A stretch of 62,013 bases of DNA, the filler included, from Hausera hauseri (taxonomy: Eukaryota), in assembly GCA_046269625.1 (NCBI GenBank). It is 10 parts of 10 records of this genome, joined end to end, with 100 filler letters (N's around TTAATTAATTAA, not from the genome) between each part and the next. Parts side by side here need not be neighbours in the genome. Positions count along the whole stretch, not along the records: positions 22,620 to 30,686 come from JBJURY010796534.1; positions 30,787 to 38,337 come from JBJURY010007123.1; 8 more parts are not named here. One strand, 5' to 3'. How positions within the stretch are numbered: the first letter of the stretch is position 1; every line of letters begins with the position of its first letter. This document shows positions 25,901 to 38,437 of the stretch, in pieces. The notes below the pieces were generated by a model. That model saw nothing but the letters and a program-made list of their open reading frames with translations, was not told the DNA's origin and made no database searches. A program made the position numbers and the translations under genes.

Positions 25901-28900
25901 ATAATTTAAGAAGGGAATTTCTCATCATTCTAGCTGCGTTAAATATTGATTTCTCTTTTTCGTCTAATACGTCACCACGGAGGCTTGAATAATTTACGAT
26001 GCGTATTAGATTTTTCATTAACTCGCGCTAAAAGTAGGAATTGACATCTGTCTTAATTCTCTAATCAGTTCTCCGTTATAATCAACTTCTCGTATTTTTC
26101 TGGGTCTACCAACAGGGCGTTTCTGTTTCGGAACAGTTGTTATCATTTTACTCAGTGGCACTAAATTCTTATCGTATTGTTACTTGTCTTCACCCGTTTT
26201 CAAATACTGAAAATACATGGCAGCGTCTCGGACTCACATGATTTATCCTATGCTTTGTTCTGTCTTAGTCTTACGTGTGGCTTCTTTAGTCTGCTCATTT
26301 GCTACTGTTGACACTGGTTTTTCTCGTCGGGTATAATTCCAATGTCTATTAATTGTTCTAAGTCGTCCAGTATTCTACCTCTAAAATAGAATCTATAATT
26401 TAGCTAATTTGTTCCACCATTGTTTATTAACCATTCTCTTACATCCCTCACATAGGAATAAGTAGTTAACTAACATTCCTTTTCATCCATCCAGTCGGAT
26501 GATACCCTGACTTTCATCGTTACCTCAGGTTTAGTCCTTAAGATTTTAGCATATTTCTTTATCAAAAGTTTCGGCACTGCGCTATAAACTGTGTTCTTAC
26601 TAGATATTTTAATTAGAGTCGGAATAAGTTATTTTAACTTATTTCTGTAATATTTACGTTAATTAGTTTGATTAAATCTTTCTCAGTTAGCGCTGAATCC
26701 AGGAGCATCTCTACATTGGATCTCCTATTCTGTGGATACATTTCTGTTGCGTTTAGTCGTACTGGAGTTGTCTGATTTTTGGAAGTTATTGCATCTAAAT
26801 ACGCATCATATTCTGGTTCATTTCCAACTTTTGGAAGTCCATAGTCTACTAGCGCTGTATTCGATCTTTGTGCGTTCTCGCGAATTTCCTTCAATTTTGG
26901 TTGTATTTCTTTCATCTGAGTAGTTCGGAAACCTATCCCGTTTCCACAGGCATACTGGATCATTTTCAATAATTCGCCATGTTCATTAGAGTGAATAAGT
27001 CCCTTTTTATGATAATCAGTCAGTTCGATAATTACATCTCTTTGCCATCTCTGTACAAATTCTGTCTTCCTTTGAATTTCTGACTCGGTAAAGGTATATT
27101 TGTTTCTATAGATCTCGAACTCTAGTTAGTTCGTCTAACCTTATTGCTCTCTGTTTGGTTCTAATGTACGTTTCTTCGGCTTGTCGTATTTGAAGTATTA
27201 ATTGTCTCGTCTTCTCATTACTAATTTCTGCCATTTCTGTCAGTAGTAATGTTAACTCGTACATCTTGTTTAGGACTTTTTAGTCTGGATCTATCGCATC
27301 GAGCAATTTCTTTACAAACCTAGCTTCCACAAAGCTCAGGTGATGGTCGTTTCTTCTTTTTGTTGGCCCAGTATGACAATTTTAATCTGTTCCGGTCATC
27401 CATTCTTGTGATTTGTGTATGAATTTCATTGCTTCCTCTATAGCTGTTCTATGTTCTGGACAAATATCTAAAGTTTCGAGGTCCTGAATTGAAATTTCGC
27501 TAATAGGTTTAGCTGTCAATTGTTGGATTCCTTCTAAGCGGACGTTTCTTAATCTTGGATAGAAATTGCAAGTCATATTTCGCTTCTCCGTAAAACTTCT
27601 TTCTTCGATCATTTGGTATATCTCTTCCAATATAGTCATTTCTTGTTTCTTTTTCATAAAATTCAATTTTCGTAATGCGTCGAATTGAGTCCGGATATCT
27701 ATTTCCGCTCTTATTGTGTCTACGTTACGTGCACTTTCTTCTAGACGTTTATTTACTGTAATTCATCTATCTGGAAATTGTTAAACGGATTTTCACAGAT
27801 TTACTTAGTCTCGATATTAATTCGGACCATGCATCTAGCTGATTAGTTATGACTGTTTTTGCCAATATCGCCTTGTCTAGCATTTTGTAAGCATCTTTTA
27901 ATTCATCATTTGGTCCTTTTATAAAACTCAATCTGGCCGACATAATTAAATTCATCCTTATATTCGTCGAATTCCACGATACCAGCTTTTATTACGTGTT
28001 TGGTTTCTTCGTTATTCATAAACATTATTCGGTTTCTCAAGCTATAAATTTGTGATCTCTTCGTTCTCCTTTTTAATACGAGTCTCTACGTTCGTATATT
28101 GTTTATGTACGGCGAAGGCAATTTTTATCATCTCCATTAAGGAAGATATCTGCCGTGTCTATACCTAATATTTCTAAATCATTATAAATTCGATTGTTAA
28201 CCGGTTTTTCCCTAAGTCGATTAATCATTGCATATCTAATTCCATCCATAATGCACTCTATATTACGAACCACTTTTTTCAATCTAGGATTAGCTTCTAA
28301 CGTAGACAATAGTGTATCAGCTTTGGCTACTTTTACATCAACACTCTTCGTTTTTGCTCCATTCTTCCGAAAATTCGACTCCTTTTATCCATGATTCTAA
28401 TTCATGTTTCCATTTTGTCAACGTTTCAGGTGGCACTTCCTCTAGTGCCACTTCTTAGGTTGCCTAAGTCGATTGCTTCATCGAGTTTTCCTTCACTACA
28501 TAATTTCAAACTTTTATATAACCTCTCAACAAATTGCTGCTCCTTATCGGATATATCTACTTGTTTGCTAATCCGCTTAAGCTTTTCTAAATTCAGCTGC
28601 AGTATTTCTGGATCGTGGCAGTTAATTCTCAATTCTTAATTCATCGGCGTTTTTCCACGAACGTCTAACCTTCCATTTTCTCTGGTCGAAATTCTTCATG
28701 TTCCCTGTTTCTTCCTCACTAGTGGGAAGTGGGCAAATCTCATTTATTTCATTAATTAACTCTACAGATTTTTCCATCCCGATGGGTGTAAATTGACCTA
28801 TCTCTGGTGTGTTCAAGCTGGTTTCTACGTCACTTTCTACAGTAATGTTCGTATCTTTTGTTTCTACTAATTTCTCTAGTTACTTGAGATCGTGAAGGAA

Positions 28901-30686
28901 TTCTGTTATTGTTTAAGTGAAGGGCTACGGCTTCTGTGTATCGTAATTTTAAGTATTAATGGTTCCATAAATTTATCGGCTATATCGTCTTCGGTAACCT
29001 TATTTATTTTTTCGATTGTGAACTCAGGCCCTGCATCTAAGTCGACGTCTGTCGAAGTTCCTGGATTATCTGACTTATTTACTATTTTGTTAGTTGCCGG
29101 AACACTCTTCTTTTGTGTCATATCAATTCGCTTTTGCGCTATAGCATACTCGTGCTCTGTTTCCGGTTTTGCTAATCCATGATATACTTCTAGTAATCTT
29201 AGCTTATCTCCGTATTCTTTTCTGGCCATTAAAATTTGTGGATTAATAGCTTCAGCCTGAGAATCTAAAATTTTTCGTAAGTCTTGTATGTCGATAATAG
29301 TACCTATATCTCCAAGAATACCATATTTTGCTTTTAAGTTTTTATTAACTAATTATACTAGTCTTATTGGGCTCATTGAATGAAACGCTACGCGGATTTG
29401 GACATGATCTTGCAATGTGTCATTCTTTACCTCAAGTAAAACAAACTAAGTTTCCATTTCTGCCTACTCTGTCGACTGCCTTCATTTACAGGTGACTTGA
29501 ATCGGTTTGTGTTTCTATTGTACTGGTTTATCAAACTTTGTGTACTACCTATATTTCGTCGACTATCATTATTTCGATTATCATCATAACGATTTCGATA
29601 GTTAGAACCTTTATAGCTTCCTTCATTTCTATCTGTATCTGAATTAGACTTATTCAAATTTCGATCATTACCATAATTGTTATTTTGACTATCTCTGTAA
29701 TCGTTATTGCTATTTCTATTCTCATAATTGCTGTTACTGTTAAATCGTCTATTATCTCTTACGCGATTATCACCGCGATTTCTACCACTGCGATCATTTT
29801 GTTCATTATTTCTGTCATTTCTATCATTGTGTTTGGCATATTTATCAAGTGCCATCTCTAAGTCCTGGGCCAACTGCAAGGTTCTCTCGAAATTTTCAGG
29901 TCTAGCTAAAATTAACTGCTTTACTAAATCTCTGGACCAAATACCATTAATCAATTGGGTCGTAATCATGACGTCCAAATCTGGAGGGTTTGCCTTTTCC
30001 GCAGCTTCACGTTCTGCGTCTGTTTTGGCCTTTGCCACATTAGCTATTCTCAGTGTACTTACATAACTATTAGCGAGTTTCTTTAATGCAAATGCAAACT
30101 GGGTTACCGACTCCCCCTTCTGTTGTACCCTATTCTGAAATACCATAAATTTCTGTTGTAGCGTTACTGTTGGCAATAATTTACGGTTTAATGCTTCTAC
30201 CAGGGAGGACCAAGATTTCTTTTAATCATTAGTGAGCTCGCCGTAAGCGTCTGCGGCTAGATTTTTGAAATATAACAACAAACGTTTAATCATTACGTCA
30301 GGAGTAAGACTAGCACCTTCTGTGTGCAACTTATAAGTTCTCAAAAATTCGTTCAATTCGTCCGGATCACCTTAGTATGCCGGTAGATTCAGAGAATCAA
30401 AAGTGAAGTGCGCTACTGGTGGGTTATCTGCTGCCATATTATTTACGTAATCTCTAAATTTACTTTATTGTCTCTGTGAACTTTAGTTTTTACAAGAGGA
30501 ATCTTAAACTTATTAGTTCGCTGAACGGCTGTTAAATTTGGATTAACTGAGTTTACTCTTGTTTCAGAAAGTGAATGTTTATCCAAGTTTTCACTATTTC
30601 TATATGTATTTCTACGCTTCTGACGTATAGGCGAGTTTTCCTTATCGTTTAGATTAAGATTCATTTTAGACATCAATATTTCTTTA
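22920..30686 (-). mobile_element. Decayed env-in-polyprotein Ty3/gypsy element: gag (~29400-30437), ~2.9-kb linker, UBL (26300-26517), AT-hook (~26100), signal, glycoprotein (23900-25620), tail, protease (~22930-23150)
   Basis: Gag FQNRVQQKGESVTQFAFALKKLA; KQKRPVGRPRK; LLTLMMLVKQIGAITV*DC; FGQAASGFLAIY; EVYALIDTGFEISY. Many stops and frameshifts. Confidence 0.85.
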
Positions 30687-32455
30687 NNNNNNNNNNNNNN
30701 NNNNNNNNNNNNNNNNNNNNNNNNNNNNNNTTAATTAATTAANNNNNNNNNNNNNNNNNNNNNNNNNNNNNNNNNNNNNNNNNNNNTAAAGCCCTTCCTT
30801 CATCTACTTTTTAGCAATCCGCTCTTGTATCATTTACAATTTTCAACAGTAAATAAAATTATGGAATAAAAGAAAGTAAGCGAATAAATAAAAATGTGCT
30901 GGCAGTTATAATAAAATTAATTCGAATGGTCAAAATGACCCCTTCAGTAAAAGTAGGTATACTACAAACATTTCTCCGAAACCAGAAGACAGGAAAGATT
31001 AGATTTGCAATTATGTCTTATAAGTGTAAGTGAAAATTAACTAAAATATTCCCATAAAATACGGCAAGAATTTTCTTCAAGAAAATTAACGAAAAGTTTT
31101 CTCAGGAGTCAAAATGATCCCTTGGTAAATCTACTGATAAGCTGATACTCAATTGTTGAATAAACGAAAACAGATTAACGAATTATAAAATAATACCAAT
31201 GTCTAATGAACTATTTCATCACTTGTTAAAAAAAGGAGCTGAAAATTAAATTTTGTCAAGTTTTCTAAGTATAACACTACATTTCGAATAAGTAGTGCAT
31301 TTTCTTCAATTTATGACTTGATTCCGATTCTCAATTCATGCGACATTTCAGATCTCGACAGATTACTTCGCATATAACTGTGTTTTGATGTCATATCTTT
31401 TTTATGGAAATCAACCAAAAATTAGCAATTATTTGTCAGGTTTGTCAACATTTAAACTGATTATTGATTTTAATCAATATTTAAATTATAGCTCAATTTA
31501 GATATAAGTAGAAATTAACGTTGTCAGTGTCGGTGGTTTCAGTACAGATATATCTGTGGTATTCTGCATGAAATGTTGTGTACAGATTTTATCGCATATA
31601 TATTTCATTGATAACATATTTATCAACACCATACAGTACATCATTGGAATATATGCAGAAGAGTAGTTTCCTTTTTCAATAAATATTCGGAGTCATTTGG
31701 TAAATTCTAATAAAGTATTTCAACTAACGAAACCGACAGATGACTTTTGAATAACGCTACGTATATTTTGAAAAGGAAGAAAATATCATCGATTAAATTT
31801 TCTGTCTTCACTCAGTTGGTATAACAAGGAACATGCGCGAATTGTTTCAAGCGAAATATAATAAAACGTCTGAAGTTTATTAAAATTTAGATAAGAATTA
31901 TTGTAAAATTCTAGCTGCCGTAATTTATTTAATGTGCGAACAAACTAAAATAATTGCTCATTGTTTATGTTCCCAGTATTTCGTAACAGGTTTTACATTC
32001 AAGGCTACATAATTTCATGCTCAATTCAATACGTTGTCACCGTTTTTATATAGGTATTGCTCAATTAGACAATTGTGCCAAAAATTGTGAATATAACACA
32101 TGTATACATTGATCACGTATACAAGGCGTTCGCTTTGATTTCAATTTGAATTGAACATTTTCAACTTCCCAAACCAATCTATAGATTAATACAACGAAAT
32201 TTGTAGAACTTTTCACATTTGTAAATTTGAATTTTTGTACAAATTAGTAAATTGCCGCAACTAAAATTTAGCAAACTTTAAATATAAGTCTTAATAATTT
32301 TCATACAAAAATATTTTTTCCAAATTTGGCGGGCAACAGTTTTGAATGATTTGAATGATAGAAGTTATATTTCACGGGCTTCCTATTTAATCAGGAATAA
32401 ATTAAAAATTACTAATAAAAAGGGTGTATTTGTGTGCACGGGGAACTAACAAATT

Positions 32456-32473
32456 TGGCGACCCGCCACTCAG
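32456..32473 (+). promoter_or_regulatory. Candidate primer-binding site (TGGCGACCC, tRNA-Arg-like) after a putative LTR end ...AACTAACA
   Basis: TGG-starting motif ~180 nt upstream of gag and 4 nt after a CA. tRNA identity inferred only. Confidence 0.5.
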
Positions 32474-32567
32474 TTACTGAGTACTGTATCCTAGGTCCTC
32501 TGTACACTGAGAAATTGTCCATTCTTAAATTGTTAAGTTACATTTTTCTTGTCTTATCAAATAATTT

Positions 32568-35500
32568 TTGGCATTGTTAATCGGTTGTATTATACTTTTT
32601 GGTTTCAGAGATAGCATTTGCGCATATATACGTTTTATGGCGCAGTTATATGCTGGATTGAATATGAGTAGATATACCGGTGAGCCGGCTGCCTTTGACG
32701 ACTTCATTACCATGTATGAAGCAAAGGCGGATAGCGTCGACTGGGATGAAAAAGCAAAAGTAAAAATATTGGTAGGGTACTTGGAAGGTGTGGCACTGCA
32801 GGAATGCCTTCAGATAGACAAGGCGAATAAGCCATGGGAGTACATAGTTGAAAGATTTCGAAAATATTTTGACCCAGACTCTTCGTCCAATGCTCGATTA
32901 AGACATTTACGATACCGTGTAGAGCATTCGGGGGAATCGGTGAATATGTTCGCTCTGGATTTACAAGCCTTAGCAAAACGATATAAGATCGAGAATAAAG
33001 ATAAAAAGGCCGACGATAAAAAAGTTTTTGAAACAGAGCCTATTCTTGTAGATTGTTTCATAACCGGTTTACGAAATCCCAAAGTACAGCGACATCTCAT
33101 CGAGAGTGAGGCCTCGACATTTAGTGAATTAGTTAAGAAGGCTATAGGTCATGAAAATTTCGATGTTAAAATGTCACAAATATTACAGAGAGGTCTATTA
33201 CATCAAGACACGTCACCGTCTATACCTCATGCACAAATTACTGAATCATCAACACTTAATATTAACCAACCAATAAGTCGTAACACATGGAACAAACAAA
33301 TGGACCTGGGAAAAGGATGGCATCAACAACAGTGGTTGCAACCACCAAGGCAGACGATGGTATATGCTAGACCTCAAGGGAATATGGGACTCGGAGTGCG
33401 TCCACATTAGTCACCAATACAACGACTCACGTCCGCAACAACTGACGTCAATATACGACAACCAGCGGGATAGAATGCTATGGCGACCGGCGCCGCAGTC
33501 AATCGATTGCAGGTCGTACCAATGAGAAGTACTGCCAAAACTATACCATATTCATTAAGATCAATGGGTAATCAAAATCAAGCAACCACAATGGAGCGCG
33601 ATATTGTTAATTTTCAAGGACTAGTGCAGTGTCACAACTGCCAAAACTTCGAACATATGGCGAAATCATGTTCATACGTGTCACAAATGCCGGCTACCAC
33701 TCCACCGTATGCACGTGTTCCAAAACAGTGCCGATCTTGTGGTCAGTGGGGACACATTGTGGTGCCCACCGCGGCCGGTGCCCTTTAGCCCATTTGGTCG
33801 GGCACGGCCGGGCGTCCGTTGCCGTCGCATCGGATCCATAGTCGGACCCGATCCTCCGCCTTGAAAATTTCAGTCTTCCGTTAGAAATATAATTATGACA
33901 CCAACTATTTCAGATCTCTGCATTATATGGTGGTTACTTGATTGACGCAACAATGGTTACGTAATTCTTACACACACTTTGTAAAACTTGCATTTGTAAG
34001 TACATTGAAAGCAACCGTTATTGTCCGCTCTGTCAGTATCTAATTCAAGAAACCCGATTGGGTAAAGGTTGTACGAAACCAGATTTAGGTTTACAAAAGG
34101 CCACTTATAAACTCGTTCCAAATCTTATGAAATCAGGAATGAATAAAATCCGCGACTTTCACTCGAACAACAATGACACTGAAAATGTTTCCACAACAGA
34201 AAAAGTTTGCCTTTTACAGTCCGATGATAAATTGCACTGGAGTTTTCGGCGACGTAATTTCGATAATTTCGAACTTTCGGTAATCGGCGCAAAGTCATTC
34301 GGTAACAAATCGGAAAAGAACTGTTCCAAACCCTTACAATCGATATTCAGTCGACTAACCGTGACATTGTCGAAAAGCAAACGCAACACTTCAAGACACA
34401 GATTGTTCCACGATTTCCGTGATTTCATCTGGTCTTCATTAATGTTTATAATTCGATTTTGAAACTTTATAAACCGTTGGATAATTCGACAGGAGAAATG
34501 AAATGCCAATTCGAAATTTAACGATTTAATTTGTCAAATTTTCTCAACATTGTCCGAGAGCAAGTAGATCTTAATAACGGTATCGACATAAAGCGAACCC
34601 CAAACATCGAAGAGCGTATTGAAATCATCAAGCGAAATAAGATCCAACGGTAAATCCGTCTGAAAAATTACGGGCACACAAAGAAAATCGACAAAGGTTG
34701 CAACTGTAATTTATCGTTAGGCGAATGGTATGAAAAACTGTTTTTCATTATTCGTTGCGACAAACGACTCACTAACAAGATCCAGTTTCAAATTTTCCTT
34801 TTGAAACGTTTGACTAATGTTCGATTTGGATTGAGTTGAAAAGAGATCTTTAAACCAAGAACTATTGATATTCGCCAGATCATTGGAACGAATCACGAGA
34901 GTTGAATCGATGGGCAATAAGTAACCGACGAGTGTTTTCGATATACCGAATCATTTCTCACACAATTTCATATCGCCGAGTTGGGAAATACCAGAACATC
35001 GTTTTGAACAAGGAGTTGAGAATTTATAACAGCAATGACATCCCGGCCAAAACCTTAGCCGGATTAATAACCAACGTTCCCATCGTAATAATGATCAGTG
35101 AATAGAATTCTAACTGTTCGAAATATTTCCCAGCAATGTTCTGTTTATACAACACCTTCGTTTCCAATAACGACGACACAATGAGGCTCTTCTCAACTAA
35201 ATTGTACAGAGTCGGTTTCAATACGGAATCCATAAAAAATTCGATTCCATGAATTGTTGTTTTATGTCACACAATTGCATATCCATCTCGTAGATACATT
35301 CACAAACGTGATACCAAACGAAAGACGACGATTGTGTTACCGTGTGCGATTATTAACGTCGCCGGATTTACCGGTCCCCTTTTATTTAGCAATCTTTGTT
35401 TCAATAATACACAGTACTACGATTTGAATTTGAATTAAAAATTGGTCATATTGAAGTTTTTAACGACTTTGATTTAAGCACCACTACTATTGGAATTAAT

Positions 35501-37547
35501 ACAAAAGAAAACTTAAGCGGAAATTATTAAAAATTTTTTCAAAAGTTTCAAAGACAAAATACAGAAACGTGTGATGGGGAGCTTACTAAACTTAGTCAGA
35601 ATCTTTGGCTGCAGTCGTTCTCGCAGGATCTATCGATTGAAATCATGTTAACTAATACACATAGCAAAAAACTGCTCCGTACATCAACAACAATGCTTAG
35701 TACAAACGACAACTCACCAACAACATCTAGTCATGTCACAGCCTAAAAAGTGTTTTAACTGTGGTCAAACGGGCCACATGGCAAAGAAATTAAATACTAA
35801 TAACATGGCAATAATGCAATCACAGTATGATGCAATCACATCTTATCCAATAAATTCAACTAATTACTACCAGATGCACGCAAATGTTGGTTCGTCTAAC
35901 CAGTTGATACGGAGTAACGCTTTTGGTTTATCACAAGGAGAACGAAACGACTCAATAATAGACTTGGTTACCTCCACAAGCCCTGGAGAAGAGATCATAA
36001 ACCCAGCTTATGATGAAACAGATGATGCGCAATTGTCTCAAGACGAAATGGTTTTGCAAATAAAACAATTAAGATTGGAACGTAATGATATGCGAACGCA
36101 ATTTGAAAGGTTAAAATCCCTTCAAAATAATCAGGTGGCCCACTGAGTAACAATCCAAACGAAATATTAATTTCTCCGGATAAGGTACAGAATAAACATA
36201 GCCCAATGATGATGCATGAAGAATACGAATTAACAACGCCATCGCCATCCATAGACGAAACTGAAGAGTGGGATAACGCAATCGAAATAAACGGCCCAGA
36301 AGATCGGTTTAGGACGTTACTAGAAACACTAGGGAATGATGCTAAAAACGAAGTATTGGCAGTTATTATGGATCAAACATATGACCTCCACGAATGGATA
36401 ACAAAGAATAAAACACGATTTATGAAAATAAGACAATTTCTAATAACTCAGGCGGCAGACGGTGCTACGCATAGAGACGTTGCAAGGTTGATATTAAAAA
36501 TATTTGCCGAGAAAGAGGGATTTACACCTCAGAGGGAAAAGGTAAGATTCTGGTGCAATGTAGGATATTTTTCGGATAAGTGTGTGAGGTGACACAGGTC
36601 ATGATAGACCCTGAGACACCAATACGAATGGTGCTAAGCAAATTATTATCAATGTGCCAAACGCGTTATAATAACGTTTACATTGTAATCACAGTAGAGT
36701 TTATGGGACAAAGAATAGATGGCATGGAAATGAAATGGATAGAGTTAGGAATCATGTCCGGAATGGATCCTAACGAAACTGTTAAAATATATCTTAAGAA
36801 ATCAAACCGGACGAGTGATGATAATCAAAAAAAATTGGAACACCAAATAAATAAGATTTTGGGAGTAACAGAATGCATTAAACCCCTTCAAGCAAGTTCA
36901 GATAATTTGATTGATCAATCTGAAGAGATAGAAATACCGGAACCGCTACGGGTATTCGCGGAAGTAGCAAATTTAAGCACCGAGGTATTATCTAAGGAGG
37001 TGATACAAAGAAAAGAAAAAGGTGCGGCAGATATCAGAAAGAAATCAAGAGGAAGACCAAAGAAGAATTTGGTGGAACAAGTTAGTATTGACACATTAAC
37101 TCATGATTACGTCAAAGCGAAACTAGAAGTTTGGACCTTTAGATTCGACAAATCAAGCCAATTCTCCACAAAATTCACCAAATTCTATATAAGAACGAAA
37201 ATAATTTTCAGTCAGAAGAACGCATACCGCAGAAGGTTGAAAACATAATATTAAAAAAGGAACTGCCAAGTTCATTTACACTGTCAGAAGATAATGACAT
37301 CATTCAAAAATGGATGAAAGTCGGCGAAATGTCAAAAAATCGCATGATTGCGATTGTAGTATATCTAGTAATGCGAGTTCGGATGTCAAGTAACACACAG
37401 GACGACTGTGAAAGTAATAATAAAATTGCGATAGAGATCGCAAAGAATAATTTATCAATGGACGTTTATCGATTCGGTAGGTGGAAGAAGGTGTTGGTCG
37501 ATCCCCCAAATATTCTTATAACGCTGGAAAGGGTTTACCGGAGATAA
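32568..37547 (+). mobile_element. gag: Decayed divergent relative: gag with three CCHC knuckles, SUMO/UBL-like domain (~36540-36800), AT-hook (~37040), helical domain; truncated before env
   Basis: YTGEPAAFDDF..WDEKAKVKILVGYLEGVAL..GESVNMFALDL; CHNC..H..C, CRSC..HIAKNC (reconstructed), CFNCGQTGH; VEFMGQRIDG..WIELGI; KKSRGRPKK. Confidence 0.72.
33758..35657. mobile_element. 1.9-kb insertion into the gag zinc knuckle, 5-bp TSD CACAT, carrying a decayed minus-strand orphan ORF
   Basis: CACAT at 33753-33757 and 35658-35662. Removing the insert restores CRSCGQWGHIAKNC in frame with ORF 35733. Ends are TGT...ATA. Confidence 0.8.
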
Positions 37548-37574
37548 TAAAAGGTTTTCAGAAACATTAACATG

Positions 37575-37685
37575 AATGTCATGAAACTCTTTCCTGAGTG
37601 AGTGTAGTGAAACTTTCTTACCTGAGTGAGTGTAATGAAACTCTTTCATCCTAAATGAGTGTAATGAAACTCCTACCTAAGTGTA
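37575..37685. repeat. Short tandem repeat (~27-bp unit, GAGTGTAATGAAACT core, about 4 copies)
   Basis: Repeated GAGTGTA(A/G)TGAAACT directly visible. Confidence 0.7.
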
Positions 37686-38104
37686 CTGGATATTAGTTTA
37701 GCCATTAGGCCACACAATGTGCAGTACAGATGCATGAATAAGGTGGCTCAGATACTAGGGCGTGCATGTAAAACAGGAAATAAAAGTATTTAGGCTGTGT
37801 TCAAATAAGTCTTTGAAGTATATAGCCTGAAACAGTACTTCCACACACTGCAAAGAAAGAAGGCTATTCCATCGTACAGGTTATACACACCGGTAGCTGT
37901 TGATGCTTGATCAACAAAAGCAGCAGATGACTGCATGCTTTCTCAACACCTTGTCTAATCTTGTCTGATATATAAACTGAATATTGCAGCATTCATTTTT
38001 ATTTGTATCTCTTAGTCAGTGGTTAAACATTCATTCATAATATTATTAATCCAGCTGCCTATGGGTTTTTCTTTTTTTTACTTTCGATCCAAAGCCAACA
38101 CTCG

Positions 38105-38337
38105 TGTTTTCCCTTGTCTTGTCTTTGATCCACAGTCATCGAGCGTCAGCTCTTGTTGACTTTGATGCTGTGCTGTTTTAATAAGCTGCTGTGGGCTGCC
38201 ATATAGGATATTGTCTATGTTAGGGCTGTCAGGTAGTAGAGTCCGTCTTAGCTCCTGGAACGCGGGGCAAGACAGCAGGTGGTGTTTCACCGTCTCAGTT
38301 TGGTGTGCACAATGTCTGCATCCTGCTGTAGTCTGCG
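38105..38337 (-). mobile_element. 3' end of a non-LTR retrotransposon ORF2 (CCHC knuckle) with short CAAGA-type tail
   Basis: GCRHCAHQTETVKHHLLSCPAFQELRRTLL...ILYG, the typical I-group/Nimb-like C-terminus. Confidence 0.7.
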
Positions 38338-38437
38338 NNNNNNNNNNNNNNNNNNNNNNNNNNNNNNNNNNNNNNNNNNNNTTAATTAATTAANNNNNNN
38401 NNNNNNNNNNNNNNNNNNNNNNNNNNNNNNNNNNNNN

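Noticed and set aside
30787-32400. AT-rich region with two GTCAAAATGA(C/T)CCC motifs
   Set aside because: Possibly DNA-transposon subterminal remnants, but no boundaries or ORFs could be supported.
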